Below are positions 38,423 to 51,836 of a stretch of 64,000 nt of DNA, piece by piece. This DNA comes from Podarcis cretensis (Eukaryota), in the NCBI GenBank assembly GCA_951804945.1, contig OX638149.1:58218001-58282000 (forward strand). Direction: 5' to 3'. The notes beneath the pieces were generated by a model, which saw nothing but the letters and a program-made list of their open reading frames with translations, was not told where the DNA came from and did not search any database. Each line of letters opens with the position of its first letter. Positions within the stretch are counted from its first letter, which is position 1. The position numbers and the translations under genes were made by a program.

Positions 38423-41169
38423 ATTTGCCACCTCTTTTCTTTCCACCACCTCAATGGCATCCTGAATTTTCCTCAACTAGAATAAATGCACTTTAATTGC
38501 CATGATTTCAGTGGAATTCAGTACAGGTACACCTGAATTTCCAGAATTGCATCAAAGGATTTAAAAAATAGTAGCACATGGTCTAACTAACTCTTTGAGG
38601 TGAAGTTGTTGCTGCTAACTGTTGATTCACGTTAAGGAAAGTTGTCTGCCAAAAAGATACACATGGAAATGGCATTGTGTAAGGCATTCTAGGGAGCAAA
38701 TTATGATTCACTTTGATTATTCTAATGATCCTATAGAAATAGTCAACAAATTTCTCCTTTAATATACCACCAGATGCCTAGCTCACAACTCACAGATGGG
38801 CTGGTGAGATGGATTCCTAGCTCTGGAATTTGTTCTCTCTTCATGTTAGGAGGCAAACAAAAGTTGAAAATAGGGGGCATTCATGTGGTTTGGGGTGTTT
38901 TTTTTTGGGGGGGAGGTGTGTGTGTGATAGCTGCCAACGTTTCCCTTTTTTAAAGGGAACTTCCCTTATTCTGAATAGGATTCCTCACAAGAAAATGGAA
39001 AAGTTGACAGCTATGGTATGTGTGGGTGTGTGGGTGGGGGTGGGGGTGTATGTTTGATTGGACTGCTGGAGATGGAACAGATGGGGTTTTGAAGACATTC
39101 TGTATGTACAATTCTCTAATGGAATATGCTCTTCTCTTCCCAACTAATGCCAAGATCAAACTCTATTCTGGTTGTGTTTATCACAGTGAGAGATGAAAAG
39201 CTAGAGCTCGCTCACAGAGGTAAATAATCGGAGATCAATCAGCTACTAATGGAGGGACCACATCATTTTGCTCTGAGCGGGAAAGGCATGCTGGTTTGGC
39301 AAAAGAACAGTCTTCTTGATCCTTCTTCTAAAAGCTACCCATAGAGGTAAATCTATTTTTAGCCAGCTCTTGCCAATTTAAATGCAACCTAATGATAAAC
39401 CCAAGCATGCTGAATATGCCGCTCGAGAAAGAGACAGACTGTGAATTCTCTTTTTACAACAGACAACTAGAAGAAATAAAGATTTTGTATTGAGGAAAAA
39501 CTGATGTAAATTTGCTACATTTGCCAGGCACTGTTGGAATATTTCATTTGCATAGCCACTGTAATCCAGCGCACACAATTTGTGCACAGAAGTCTATTTC
39601 TGCACAGGGATTCTTCATTTATAGATTCAGACTTATGCACAGTAAAGAGGGTCCAGCACATTGTACACCTAGCAGAGTGTACTCTGGGAATCCTGCATCA
39701 GGAAAACACACTGAGCAGAAGACCAGGTCCCTGATAGTACTGCTTTGGTAGACACAGTACTCCACTCTTTCTCCAGACTTCCCCTGACAACTGCCTGTGC
39801 CTTCTAAGAAACCTGGTCTGAATGTTATTACCCCAAAGAAATACACGAACTGAGAGAGAGAGCATTGGCTTGCCTGTTCTTGCCTACTGTGACTAGCTCC
39901 AATTCTCCAAGATCTCCAGCAAGTGGACTTTTCTCTGTCCTGTACCAAAACATATTTTAACTGGAGATGTTAGGGATTGAACCTGGGAGCATGTTCCTTC
40001 CTTTTTCTTGAGCATTCAAATTTTCACACTATATTATTGTCGCTGCTGCTGCTGTAACACTCCTCCATGTGCAAAGAATTTTACACCGTCTATCTCAAGT
40101 TGCCTCAACCAAATCCTATGAAGCAGGTTAGGTTGCGAGATAATTATTTTCCCCAAGCTATTTAGTGAATCTCTTTATGTTAAACCAAGCTACAAAAAAT
40201 CAAAAACAAAGTAAGGTAGTAACTGCTCTAAAATGAACTTAGCTACACCCTCCTGCAATATGTTTCCTCAGCACTGACGGTTGCCATTCAACACAGCGTT
40301 AACATTATTACTATGCCATGAATGTCAAGCTAGTTTGAATTCAGCCTTGCTCACTGACAAAACTGACTGGCAAAAGGCAACACACAGGCAGCCATTTCAT
40401 TGCCCTTATGAAAGCCGGCTCTGTGTTGTGCTGCTTGCATTCCATTTCTTGCAAGTTCAAAAATACACTGCTCTAAATTATAAGTGTTGTATCTGGGAAG
40501 ATGCAAGTGGAAGGGTTTTTTGTGTTTTTTTTTTTTTTTTTTTTGAAGAAGATCATTAGGAGCTCCACCACCTCTGCACTTGATTGCCAGAGAAAGTTCA
40601 GGGCAGTGACTCATCCAGTCACTTGGTACAGCTTTGATAATGCATAAAATAAAAATGCATTTGATAATGCATAAAAAAAAAATACCAATAAGGAGTCAGG
40701 CTCATGCCACACTTCAATCATAGGAGAGGCTGAAACATGGAATGGACTCACTCAGCTCAGTATAACCAGTTGTTAAGCACTGTTATTCTTTGAAAGGTTT
40801 TATATTCTGCCATAAGTTCCTGATATTCTGAAGTTCAAACTGAATTTCTTCAGCGACAAGGATTTTTCTCATGGTCCAAAAAATTGGCTTACTGTGCTAC
40901 CTCATGGTAATGTAATGTATGTTCAGTAAATAAGACACAATTTGGTGGTCAGTCAACAAATGTGCAGAACTATCTTTTCCTCCTGGTTGCCTTCTTTCTA
41001 TTTACCTGACTATGTGTGTGCCAAATGTCCTGTAATGGAACCCGAATATGCTTCTTGTGGAACAAATTTAACTTCCAACTGCTTGAGTTATAAAATGGTT
41101 CCAGAGTGCAGTAGCTAGGTCAACAAGGGCAAATAATTTGATTTCCATTTTCCAAAAACAACTCATATA

Positions 41170-41408
41170 CAGTGGTACCTCGGGTTAAGAACTTAATTCG
41201 TTCTGGAGGTCTGTTCTTAACCTGAAACTGTTCTTAACCTGAAGCACCACTTTAGCTAATGGGGCCTCCTGCTGCCACCACGCGGCCACACGATTTCTGT
41301 TCTCAACCTGAAGCAAAGTTCTTAACCCGAGGTAATATTTCTGGGTTAGCGGAGTCTGTAACCTGAAGTGTATGTAACCTGAAGTGTATGTAACTTGAGT
41401 TATCACTG
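41170..41408. mobile_element. Tc1/mariner MITE, family A
   Basis: TA-CAGTGGTACCTCGGGTTAAG...TAACTTGAGTTATCACTG-TA. Confidence 0.9.
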
Positions 41409-41414
41409 TATGTT

Positions 41415-41772
41415 GTCCCTGGATGGTTAAGTCCAGTCAAAGGCGACTATGGGGTTGCAGCATGCATCTCGCATTCAGGCCAAGGGAGCCGGCATTTGTT
41501 CACAGACAGGTTTCTGGGTCATGTGGCCAGCATGACTAAGCCGCTTCTGGAGCAATGGAACACCATGATGGAAGCCAGAGCACACAGAAATGACGTTTAC
41601 CTTCCTGCCACAGCAGTAACTATTTATCTACTTGCACTGGTGTGTTTTGAACTGCTAGGTTGGCAGGAGCTGGGAGAGAGCAACGGGAGCTCACCCCATC
41701 CTGTGGAATCGAACCACCGATCTTCCAATTGGCAAGCCCAAGAGGCTCAGTGGTTTAGACCACAGTGCCACC
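41415..41772 (-). mobile_element. Older Sauria SINE (diverged subfamily)
   Basis: Reverse complement shares GTGCAAGTAGATAAATAG, CCTAGCAGTTC and GGAAGGTAAAC blocks with the young copies; CpG-decayed; no tail or TSD visible. Confidence 0.85.
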
Positions 41773-42950
41773 AGCATCATACATGGGAAGGGACTAGAAG
41801 AACAATAGGTGAATAAGCCTTCTTAGGTCCAAACTCAAAGGTTATGGCATTCTTTCCTCAAAGCAGTACGAATACTCTGCAATATCTCTTGGAACGAAAC
41901 AAATTTTAAAATGACAAGAAGACATATTACAGTTGGTGCCTTAACACACACACAGGGAAATGGGCAATTCGAGAGACAAAGCAAGGATCTCTACAATCAA
42001 AAATCCAATATAATTCCTCAAGGGCAGCTATCCATACAAGCCTACGCACAGCATCAGGCTCTTCTCACTACTTTACTTCAGAACACCATTCTATCACGCC
42101 AAGATTTTTTTGATGCAGCAGAAAAAGTGAAGTCATTATTTAGCTTGTGCTCAGTTTCTTACTGATACTTCCTGGAAGAAAGCTGCTAAAAAACCTAGTT
42201 GTTGCTCTTCCACAGTTTCTTTATGCTTGGAATGGGGCACAATGATCAATGTGCTGACATGGCATAACAAATCGCAATCTTACCCTGTTGTAGCCAATAG
42301 CTTAGTCCAGAAAAGCTGCATTCAGATATAAGGAAGCAAATATTTAGGACTGGGATGTGAGAAAGAAAATGAAACCATTCTCACCAATTTCCTTCAGGCA
42401 GAGTGGTTTTTAACAGGCAAGAATTCTGCCAAATACCAGCAATACCAGATCTTCACTGAACACCCCCAGCACTCAATGCCTCTTACTGTATACATTACAA
42501 ATTGTGTTCTCAGAAACTTCAATCAGATAAGGTTAATGTTAATCGAAATTGACACTGATGGAGAAAATGGTGGAATAGGAGCTTTCTAGAGCTCTGGAAA
42601 GATGCATGCTGTGTTGAAGCAGGAGACCCAACCATTTGAGCAGATTCCTGAAAGTCCCAGCAAAGGCTAACAAGGCGAGTTAGACCCCTTGGCTCTCAAG
42701 TGCTGGCTGCTGACCTACCTTAGGAGCAGAGCGTACCACAATATTATGGTAATGTATTCTGTGTGAGCCAAGCTATACTTACTTGACTCTAATTGTCCAA
42801 TCACATCCTGATTTGAGAAACTTATATACATTTTTTTTTTCAAATCAGTCTAAGCTATAATTTGGGTAACATTTGCATCTAGGCTTTGCTTCACCTCTCT
42901 TCTCTTCCCTCAACAGATGCCTTTATGCTTTGCCTCATATGTATCTTGTA

Positions 42951-43167
42951 CAGTGGTACCCCAGGTTACAGACACTTCAGGTTACAGATGCTTCAGGTTA
43001 CAGACTTCACAAACCCAGAAAATAGTACCTTGGGTTAAGAACTTTGCTTCAGGATGAGAACAGAAATTGCGCAGCAGGCCCCGTTAGCTGAAGTTGTACT
43101 TCAGGTTAAGAACAGTTTCAGAACGGACCTCCAGAACGAATTAAGTTCTTAACCCGAGGTACCACTG
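42951..43167. mobile_element. Tc1/mariner MITE, family A
   Basis: TA-CAGTGGTACCCCAGGTTA...TAACCCGAGGTACCACTG-TA. Confidence 0.9.
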
Positions 43168-43406
43168 TACTAAAGTGTTTTTGGAAGCAGATACACTATC
43201 TTGTACCAGGAAAGCCACCTTAACTCCAAATAGCTATTTATTTATTGGTTGCACCTAAAGCACAAGTACGCTCCCATTTCCCCTGACTATTGACTATGAT
43301 GGCGGAGAATGATGGGAGCTGGAATCCAAAAACACCTGGGAGCGTACCACATTGGCTACTACTGACCTAAAGGATAGTTGTGCACTTATTTTCCCGGGGC
43401 TGAATG

Positions 43407-43531
43407 CTTCTTCTTTGGTTATCACTCACAGCTGAGTAAGATTGTCTTCCATGAACACGGTCTTAACCGTGAGTCCGTAAGCGACCAAGGAGGCCAATTC
43501 TGGATCCACACATCCTTCCACGGTGGGGACA
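43407..43531 (-). mobile_element. RTE-clade LINE 3' end (non-BovB type)
   Basis: Minus strand encodes CPHRGRMCGSRIGLLGRLRTHG*, a decayed C-terminal C2H2-like motif, then a short UTR and (GAA)n tail. Confidence 0.65.
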
Positions 43532-44722
43532 AGAGACTCATCACATGGTCTCTATAGCTATATTTCAAGTCTACCTTTGCAACAAGACCATAAGGCAAAC
43601 AAACCAGCCTCTCAGTGTTACCCTCCTTGTGAATGCTGCTGCTGCTGCTGCTGCCTTTTGACTACTCATGTCTACCTAAGGAAAGCTGAATTAGGTGCCC
43701 AAACACACAACATTTGCTGGCATTCTTCAGCCAAAGGAAGCAGCAATGAGTGGAGAGGTGGCAAAGGTAAAAAATGATGGGAATGAACCAACACTTGTAT
43801 GCTCATCTGGGCCAGCACTGCACTGTCAAGTCTCTTTCTATGCTATATCTGTCTAAATCGCTGCAAAAAATGGCAGGGGAGTCATATAAAAGCCTTCATG
43901 TGTTAGAGTGGAGTCAGTGTTTTCTTTTTCTAAAGGTCACATCGGGAAGCAAGAGACAAAGCAAATGCCAACAATTACAAATTTAGTTTGCAATGGGGAA
44001 TCTCTTTTCAGTATTTAAAAAAGCCATTTAAAGCACTTATGGGAGCACAGGGCTAGAACTGGTCAAAAGATTTAGATCTCAATGCAAGTGATACACTGAA
44101 GAATTTATAAGACCTTCCAACGGCTTTATAGATTAAGACAGCAGGTCTCATTCTGGTATTTATTGAGGTATCTGTATGGTGATTTTGCATTCTAAGTGTT
44201 TTACATCTGAGTTCCTAAACAAAAAGGCACAAGTTAAGCTGTTATTTAAGTCGGCTATGGAAAGTTTACTTATGTGTAAGAGAATACTTTATACCCACAT
44301 AAATGAAAAATTAACTAAACATAGTAAGTCTTAAACTAACATATGTACCCAATGGAAATGAAATCCTGCTGTTGGGAGTTAGTTCACTGAAAAGCTTGGT
44401 AATCACTGGTGTCAATTACCGATATTCAAATCACAGCCAACACCCTCCTGTGTTGCTGGGGCCCGATGTACAGACAAAGGTAGTTATCAGTGGAATGTGC
44501 CAACCCTTGTATGAACAAGTACTAATTATTAACCAACAGGATATACTTCACTGAACTACAATCTGCCACTGTTTGTTATGAAATCCAACTATGCCATTCA
44601 AGAATGGACTTGCTTTCATTCTTAACACAGCAAGAGTGCAAGTAAAAGGTTGCACTGCAGCCTCAGAAGTCTCACACACACAGTCCCGACACATATATCC
44701 TAAAGGGTTTAAGCAGGCAAAA

Positions 44723-44779
44723 GAAGAAGAAGAAGAAGAAGAAGAAGAAGAAGAAGAAGAAGAAGAAGAAGAAGAAGAA
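44723..44779 (+). repeat. (GAA)19 microsatellite
   Basis: Perfect trinucleotide run. Confidence 0.97.
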
Positions 44780-44967
44780 AGCGTTCCTCTGTAGATCTCT
44801 GCCTGAACAAGGACCTGTGTTGCAGCAACTCTCTACTGGAAAGACTACAGTTGAATTCTTCCAAAATCTTGTGGGTTCACCCCCTCCCCCATTCCACTGT
44901 AGTTCAAAGCAATTTTCAAAACCACACAAAGTATTTGAACACCTTGCTTCTATGATTTTTTAAAATA

Positions 44968-45220
44968 CAGTCATACCTTGGTTTAATATGCTTCGAGTTG
45001 AGTGCATTCGAGTTGCGCTCCTCGGCAACCTGGAAGTAATGGAGCGTGTTACTTCCGGGTTTTGCCGCATGCGCAGACGCTCAAAATGACGTCATGCGCA
45101 TGTGCAGAAGTAGTGAAAAGCGACATGAGCGTGCGCAGACGTGCCGTCGCTAGTTACATTTACCTCTAGATGCGAACGGGGCTCCAGAACGGATCCCGTT
45201 TGTATCTAGAGGTACCACTG
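44968..45220. mobile_element. Tc1/mariner MITE, family C
   Basis: TA-CAGTCATACCTTGG...CTAGAGGTACCACTG-TA; CpG-rich interior with TGCGCATG repeats. Confidence 0.82.
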
Positions 45221-45241
45221 TATATAAATAGGAACTGAATA

Positions 45242-45435
45242 CAGTCAAACTGAATGTAGACAACCAAGGTGTGGCTTAAGATTGGCTGCAGGAGCTTCCT
45301 GCACTCAAGCAGAAGCTGCGTCGGACTTTTGGCTTCTGAAAAGCGTTCGAAAACTGCAACACTTACTTTTGGGTTTCTGACATTTGGGATCCAAACATTT
45401 CAAAATGGAGGTGTTTGGGAACCGAGGTTTGACTG
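45242..45435. mobile_element. Tc1/mariner MITE, family B-related
   Basis: TA-CAGTCAAAC...GAGGTTTGACTG-TG; interior similar to 63715-63873. Confidence 0.7.
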
Positions 45436-46874
45436 TGCCCACTTCTCATAAATATGTATATAAACTGCATCAAAACCTCACCCCACCCTAGCCTGGTAGT
45501 CTCTTTAACCAATGGCAAGGCTTATGAACCCATGATTTGTTAATAAATCATAGAATGCAGCAGGTAGTGAGTGGGGAGAGGTCATTCTCTTGAGACAGTC
45601 TGTTTTTCCTTGCTTGCTCAGTTCCAAAGTAATGGAAATACCAAGAATTGGACTGTAAGATCTGTACGGGGGGGGGGGGGGGGGAGGAATGTCTTCAATG
45701 AAAGCATTTAGTAAGAAGAAAATTAAAATGTTAGAATTTGAGACATTATTCTACCAGTTATAATTAAAGTTAACTAGGAGAAATAGTCATGGTGGAATGA
45801 TGGAACAACTGCAGTCACAGGGCTGGAAATACCCCAAGTAATTGTCTAGAAACTAAGAACTGGGAATACGGAGTGTTGGTATCTACAGATTTGACTCTTT
45901 AGAAATATTTTCCCCACCCAAAGCATATAGTATATAGAAAGAGGGTTTGGTTTTTCAAAGTTTGATCAACTCATGTGCTTGAGAGAGGGGGCAGCACTTT
46001 AAATCCACTGTTCGTATCTTCATCATTTCTTCCTTGCCTCTGAAAGGGCGTTTATGGTGTGATTGTGCAGAGTGATCCCAAATCCTTCCAATCCTCATTC
46101 AAGTTGTTCACGCATCAATCAAGGCCTAGCCCATCTAGGGAATAAAGCTCTTTTCATCCCCTCCCCTCCCTCTGGTTTGCTTGAAAACAGATCTCTTTAT
46201 GCTGCTTCAGCTGTTTTGAGCAACTCACAAGTGGCAAGGTGAGGAGAAAATTACAGGCACGGTAAAAACAGTGCTGTGCTTGCAGCTAAAGTAAAAGGGT
46301 GTTTCTCACATCACTCCCATTAAACAGAACAATTAGTTAAACCCAGCAAAAATAGTCATTACCGGTCCCAGCTCCAGCCACCTTGGGACTGACCCCAATA
46401 ACAATTCAGCTTTCAGATACTACAAATTAGATTCAGTGACGATACACACAGCATAATGTTAGATGTGTTGATGGTGGAGACACAGCATTACGGGTAGGGG
46501 CTCCCTCCTTAGTGCTTATTCACAACACTAGCATTTTCTGGGGTGTTCCATTAGTGTTCTTCATTCCCCCTAACAAAGGCTTCACTTCTAGATTTTTATG
46601 GACACTATATAACTCTAAAGGTTAGTGGGAAAGGACGTGGAAGTCATGCTTATTCCACCTCAGCAAGACGTACTGAATTTCATCCAACGCTGGATGACAT
46701 TCTAGACTGGTGAGCAAACAAAATAAATAATGTGTACTCTACATATTCAGAAGAAAGGAAAGATGTGGCACATTTCAATTTGGGAATTTATCAAAACAGA
46801 ACATGAGGGGCTGTCATATGACATTCCCTGGCATCACAAAATGTTTGTTTATGGAAAGCTAATATGTCAATCAG

Positions 46875-46926
46875 ACTGGGACTGGTTTTCTTCCTTACCT
46901 GCTAATCTTTTTTTGTGCAGGTAAGT
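46875..46926 (+). promoter_or_regulatory. Candidate recursive splice site (3'ss directly abutting a 5'ss)
   Basis: 44-nt AG-free zone, branch-like CTTAC/CTAAT, T-rich tract, then GCAG|GTAAGT at 46920/46921. Confidence 0.35.
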
Positions 46927-49269
46927 GAGGCAAGACTTGCCTTTGTGCCTTTTTGTACTCTACACCAGGCATGGGGAACTTTTAGCCCTTAAGCCCAGTT
47001 AGGCCTGTGAGAGGTCCTAATCTGGCCCAGAAGGCCATGCCCATGCTTGAGATCACACCTGCCATCAGGTGTAGAACCAGAAAAGCCATGCCTGGAAAGG
47101 AGCAAAGAGTGTTTACTCTGAAAGTTCTTCTGCAAGTGCAGCTTCCTTTTAAATGCAGTGCTAAATGTAAGACTACTGGGCCCGCTCCCAATCAGAGCTT
47201 CCGAGCGGAATCAATCCTTGCCACAATCAGAGTTTACCTTTAGTGCTGAATTTGAATTGAACTCAAGCCGGGCAACAAAGGAAAAATGTTCCTTTGCAGA
47301 TGCAGCTTGAATCCAAACCATCCCTGCAAAGAACTGGGAAAAGACTCCTGATTCTCTCCTTCGAAATTGAGCCATCTGAAACCAGAGTGTTGTCAGGTGA
47401 TCAGACAGATGTGGTAGGTGCCCTACCAACCTGTCCAAGTGAGGCACAAGGGTAAGAGGGGTCTAGACTTGGCCTGTTGCCTCCACAGCTCTACACTACG
47501 AGTGCAGGATTTTGGATGCAATAGTGGAGGTGAGCAGAGCAAAGAATCTCTGTGATCTATGCCCATGGGGAAGTGTCCAAGTCATGCCATCTGTTCCCTT
47601 TCACCATCGGCCAGTGAGAAGTGCTGATCTAGACATAGGAGGTATCTCCACAAAGATCTGCTCCCCACTGTAGCCCCCCTTGAATCAAAGCACCCCATGT
47701 CTTTCACGCAAAATGCACCAGAGAAGATGGCATAGGCACCCTAATACTCTCTTCTCCAGAAACTGCCTCTTCTTCTGAAGGAGGTTACCCACAGCCTGGG
47801 AGAATGAAAGGCCTTACCATAGACTGCTTCACTCATGAGAAGCATGAAGTAACTGAGAAGAGGGCTGAGTGACTTGCGGTGACTGAGGAGTGCATGTGTG
47901 CACACCAAGAAGACAAAATAGTTCACTATTTGTTATGAGCTCCCATTAATCTTTATCTGTCTTAGGCCACTCATTTCTCTTCTCACTCACCTCACACTCG
48001 TTATATCAAATCTGAAGAGGTCCTGTATTATTTGAACTCCAAACATCTGCCATCAAATTATTTTTCTCTCCCGGTTCAGTGACCTGTGATTCTGCATCAC
48101 TGAGCAAAGGAGGGTTTATCTGCAGACAACAGACTTGTCAGTGGAACGCCTGTCTCTCTTAGCTTAAACGCTGTGGATTCATGATGCCTTTTGGTGGGGG
48201 GAGGGGGCTGGAAAATGCAAGGGCTACTCCACCAATGACAAGTTAAGAAGCTACCCCCACCTTTTAACTTGACCTGAACAATCCAAAATAGGTACTTGAG
48301 ATGGTAAGTGATCTGTTAAATTATGTCAACCGCTGAAGTAACAGCAGAACATCTACAGTGAAAATGAGCAAATCAGTCAGATATGCTGTGATTTAATTAT
48401 GCTGTCAGGAGGAAACAGTTCATCAAGCAATAATGATTGATTGCTGATTTCCCCCCCAAGATGCAGCAGCGTTTTCTAGCTGAGAAAAAGAAGTGCCCCT
48501 TGCTCTCTTGCTGGATCAACAGGCTCATGGGCAATGCTTTTAAGTGTCCATTTACTGATGTAAATGACAGTGAAACAATCCAAAAGTGCCAGTGACATCT
48601 GCATGAATGCAGAATGAATTCATTATGATTGGCATCGTTACAACGAACAGCAAATGTATCCATAAGAGCAAGACATTTAAAAGTAATGGGTTTCCAGATT
48701 CCTTGTCCATAAAAGTGATAATGAGGAAACTCGTGTACTACATAAATTAGAAAAAGGCTCGCAAACTGGCAAAGTGCCATTTCAAGGTGTGGGAAGAGGA
48801 GTTCATATGCTGATTTCTCTTTAGGAAGGACAGAATTAGGCCTTCTTTGGAAGGCAGCTTCCCCAGGGACTGTAGCATTAAATGTAAGATAGAGCTGGGG
48901 GGAAGAGAGACATGGGAAAGAGGGGAGAGAGTGAAAGATTTGGCTGCTCTCCAAGTGATCGTGCCACAAGTGCTAATCTTATGAGCCTCCTTGACTAAAA
49001 GAAGGTGGGTACAGTTTGAATAAGAGACACTGATTCAGGGTGTCCTATCCTTGCAAACTCTTCCATCTGTATGTGTCCTTACTGTTTCCTCTTCTACTGT
49101 GAGCTGCTTGGGTTTTCTAGCTTCAGCGATTCAAACCAACAGACAGTGTGCTATATTGGCTAGTGTGTCAATCTCGGACCTGGAAACCAAATTTCCAATC
49201 GGCCATGAAGCTCAATGGGGAGAACCTTGAGCTCCAGGGGTGGGGTGGGGAGACATAAATGCAATAATT

Positions 49270-49271
49270 AA

Positions 49272-49318
<47 letters not shown>

Positions 49319-49320
49319 AT
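49270..49320 (+). repeat. (AAAT)n microsatellite, probably a retroelement tail
   Basis: About 12 perfect units preceded by an L2-like terminal segment. Confidence 0.95.
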
Positions 49321-49422
49321 GTTACATTTGGCGTCTCTGATGTAGGAGCTTATGAGTAGATTGCTAGGCTGATGCTCATGAGTATAATGGACACAAGGTG
49401 TGTTGAATGGTTGTGGGAACCA

Positions 49423-49504
49423 TGTGTTGGTAGGTGCCTGAATGAAGACAACCTTGTGTTGGTAGGTGCCTAAATGAAGACAACCTTGTGTTGGTAGGTG
49501 CCTA
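49423..49504 (+). repeat. 32-bp minisatellite, about 2.5 copies
   Basis: Unit TGTGTTGGTAGGTGCCT(G/A)AATGAAGACAACCT starting at 49423, 49455 and 49487. Confidence 0.92.
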
Positions 49505-51836
49505 TATTTCAATGTTTGGGAAGAACAGTATTTAGGGAAATGGTTTAAAGACAGATCCAAATACAAACCTTCCAAGAGCCTTGGGAAAACAAGGCGCTCT
49601 CATCTGCAATATGTTTCCAGTCAGATCTTTATCTACAGTGACTTGGACATATTGAAAGGTGGCTACATTTCGTATATGATTTCATATTGAGCTTTCAGCA
49701 AACCACAGGCAGTTCCATGAAGCACTGGGTATAGGAGTTTGTCCTGCCATTTGTCCTTCAGGAGAAGGCTTCTGATAAGTTTTTAAGAGGAACTCCAGGA
49801 AGTTTATGCTGACATAAAAAATGGATTTTGCTCACAAGGCTGGCTACATGAACTCTTCCGGCTGTTATGAATATTGATTGAAAACCTTTTAATTGGTGAG
49901 GGACTGTAGCACTCAGAAGACTAATGCGTACAGTTTGATGATCCCAGATTTTGTATAGTTTCCTATATATTGATTACATTTGGAGCCTATAGCCATAGGT
50001 TGCCAGAGCGCTCTTGTCATTGCTTGTCTTCATGACAACACAACACAATGAGATATTTCAGTTTTGTAAATGGGAACTACAGTAAGTTTGGGAGAATATG
50101 ACTTTTGTAATCAAGTCCATTTCTATGCTCAAACTAGCAAAGTATCTAATTTACACTCCATCCAGTAGAGTAGATCATTCATGAAAGACCGGTCCATATT
50201 AGGACTTCAACAGTGTGCAGAACCAACTCATTTCCCAGCTATATCCATATTTAGGGTTGTACATGCATGTACACAGAAGTGTTAGCAATTTTTCAGCAGG
50301 CATGAATCAACCACATAGCTTCCTTCATTATAAAGAGAAATCTTCACGGCATACTTGGCAGAGATTTAAGAAGTGTAGCTCTGATGTGTATATCAGAATT
50401 ATTCACTCTTTTTGATTAGTGTCCCATTAGCTCAGCTATACGGACCAGGTCCCTGAATTCTGCTTCAGCAGTGTGCAACATTTCGCTTCACCTGCAAGGA
50501 TGCTCTGCCAGAAGCCCAGATATTTTTCCACACTCTTTACTATCAGTAAAACACAGCAATGGTTGGGGGGGGGACTGTTACTGTGCTTTCAAGTTTCAAA
50601 TTATTGTTTGTTACAGGTTTTAAAGAAGAAGCAGAGGCAGCAGAGGGAACTACTGCAACTAGGAAAGGAAACAAGCAGGAACACTGAGAGTCCTTTCTGC
50701 CTACTAGCATAAAACACAACTAAATGGACATTCCCAAACTGGTGTGCATCAAAGCTGATATGATTTTTCACTCCAAAGACACATTACTCCAAAGACATAT
50801 TGCCATTTGTGCACAGGGTCGGGAACAAAATAACTCCACAGTCAGTAGAAAAACTCATTTATACCTCAGTAAGAACTGTTATTATTAGTATTACACTACC
50901 TGACTACTCAGTTCAAATAAATACTCAGTTTCAATAGACAATATTAAAACAACAAATTAATACGCTGATAATTAAAAATGGTATGCAAGTGTTTCCAGCT
51001 GAACCAAGAAAGCAATATTTGAGCTAAAAACTCAGCTTAGCTTTGCTTCAGCCCTGCTTATAAAAGAAGTGACAGAATTTTAAGAAGCTAAAACAGACAT
51101 ATCTTTTGAAGAACAAAGGATTTGTTTTATTACTCAGGTCAAATCAAATGCATTAACAGCAAACCAAGAGGGATTTCTTCACAAGGGAGAAACAGTACAG
51201 ATGGCCCAGGCTGTACCATGGATTAACTCAAATGCTGCATGTAGCAGCAAGACATTAATTTGTTTGCGGGATCAAACATCTCAGAAATAGCAAATGCAAA
51301 GTCAGAGATTAACCAAATCACCAGCAAGAGAGAAGGGCATGGGAAAAGGCATTTTCCAGAGAGCAGTCTGGAGTCAAAGTGTATTTTACTACTGGCAAAA
51401 CTCACCTTGATTAAAGTTGGGCTTCATAAGGTCAGCAAAAAACCCCTTCACCTAGTGATCCTGAATCCAGTAGAAAACCACAGTATTTTTACCATGCGCT
51501 GGACACTGTAGAATGTATTCTCTTCTACTGTCCATTGTACAACCAGCTACACAAACACATGCTTTCCCCTTGTTTTGGGTAGTCTAACATCACAGCACAA
51601 TGAAAATATCAGATTCTATCTGTCTGACATTAACCCGAAGTAACTGCAAGGGTGGCTGAGTTTTTGTCAATAGTATCTCTTAGAGTGGTGAATGACACTA
51701 TTTAGTGGGAAGAAATCCCAATGAAAATCCCCGTTATTATATATTTTACATGGCTGTTTATTTGTATATATTTTAAAATTTTATATATGTTTTATGGTGG
51801 CCTATACTTGTAATGCCTAATAAAGGTTTGGCGAAT

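Noticed and set aside
44591-44929. Poly-Glu and poly-Phe ORFs
   Set aside because: Translations of the (GAA)19 microsatellite
48397-48969. 190-aa minus-strand ORF
   Set aside because: No motif or clear splice boundaries; composition looks like non-coding DNA
49423-49504. CRISPR-like repeat (32-bp units)
   Set aside because: Units are contiguous with no spacers, and the context is vertebrate; it is a minisatellite
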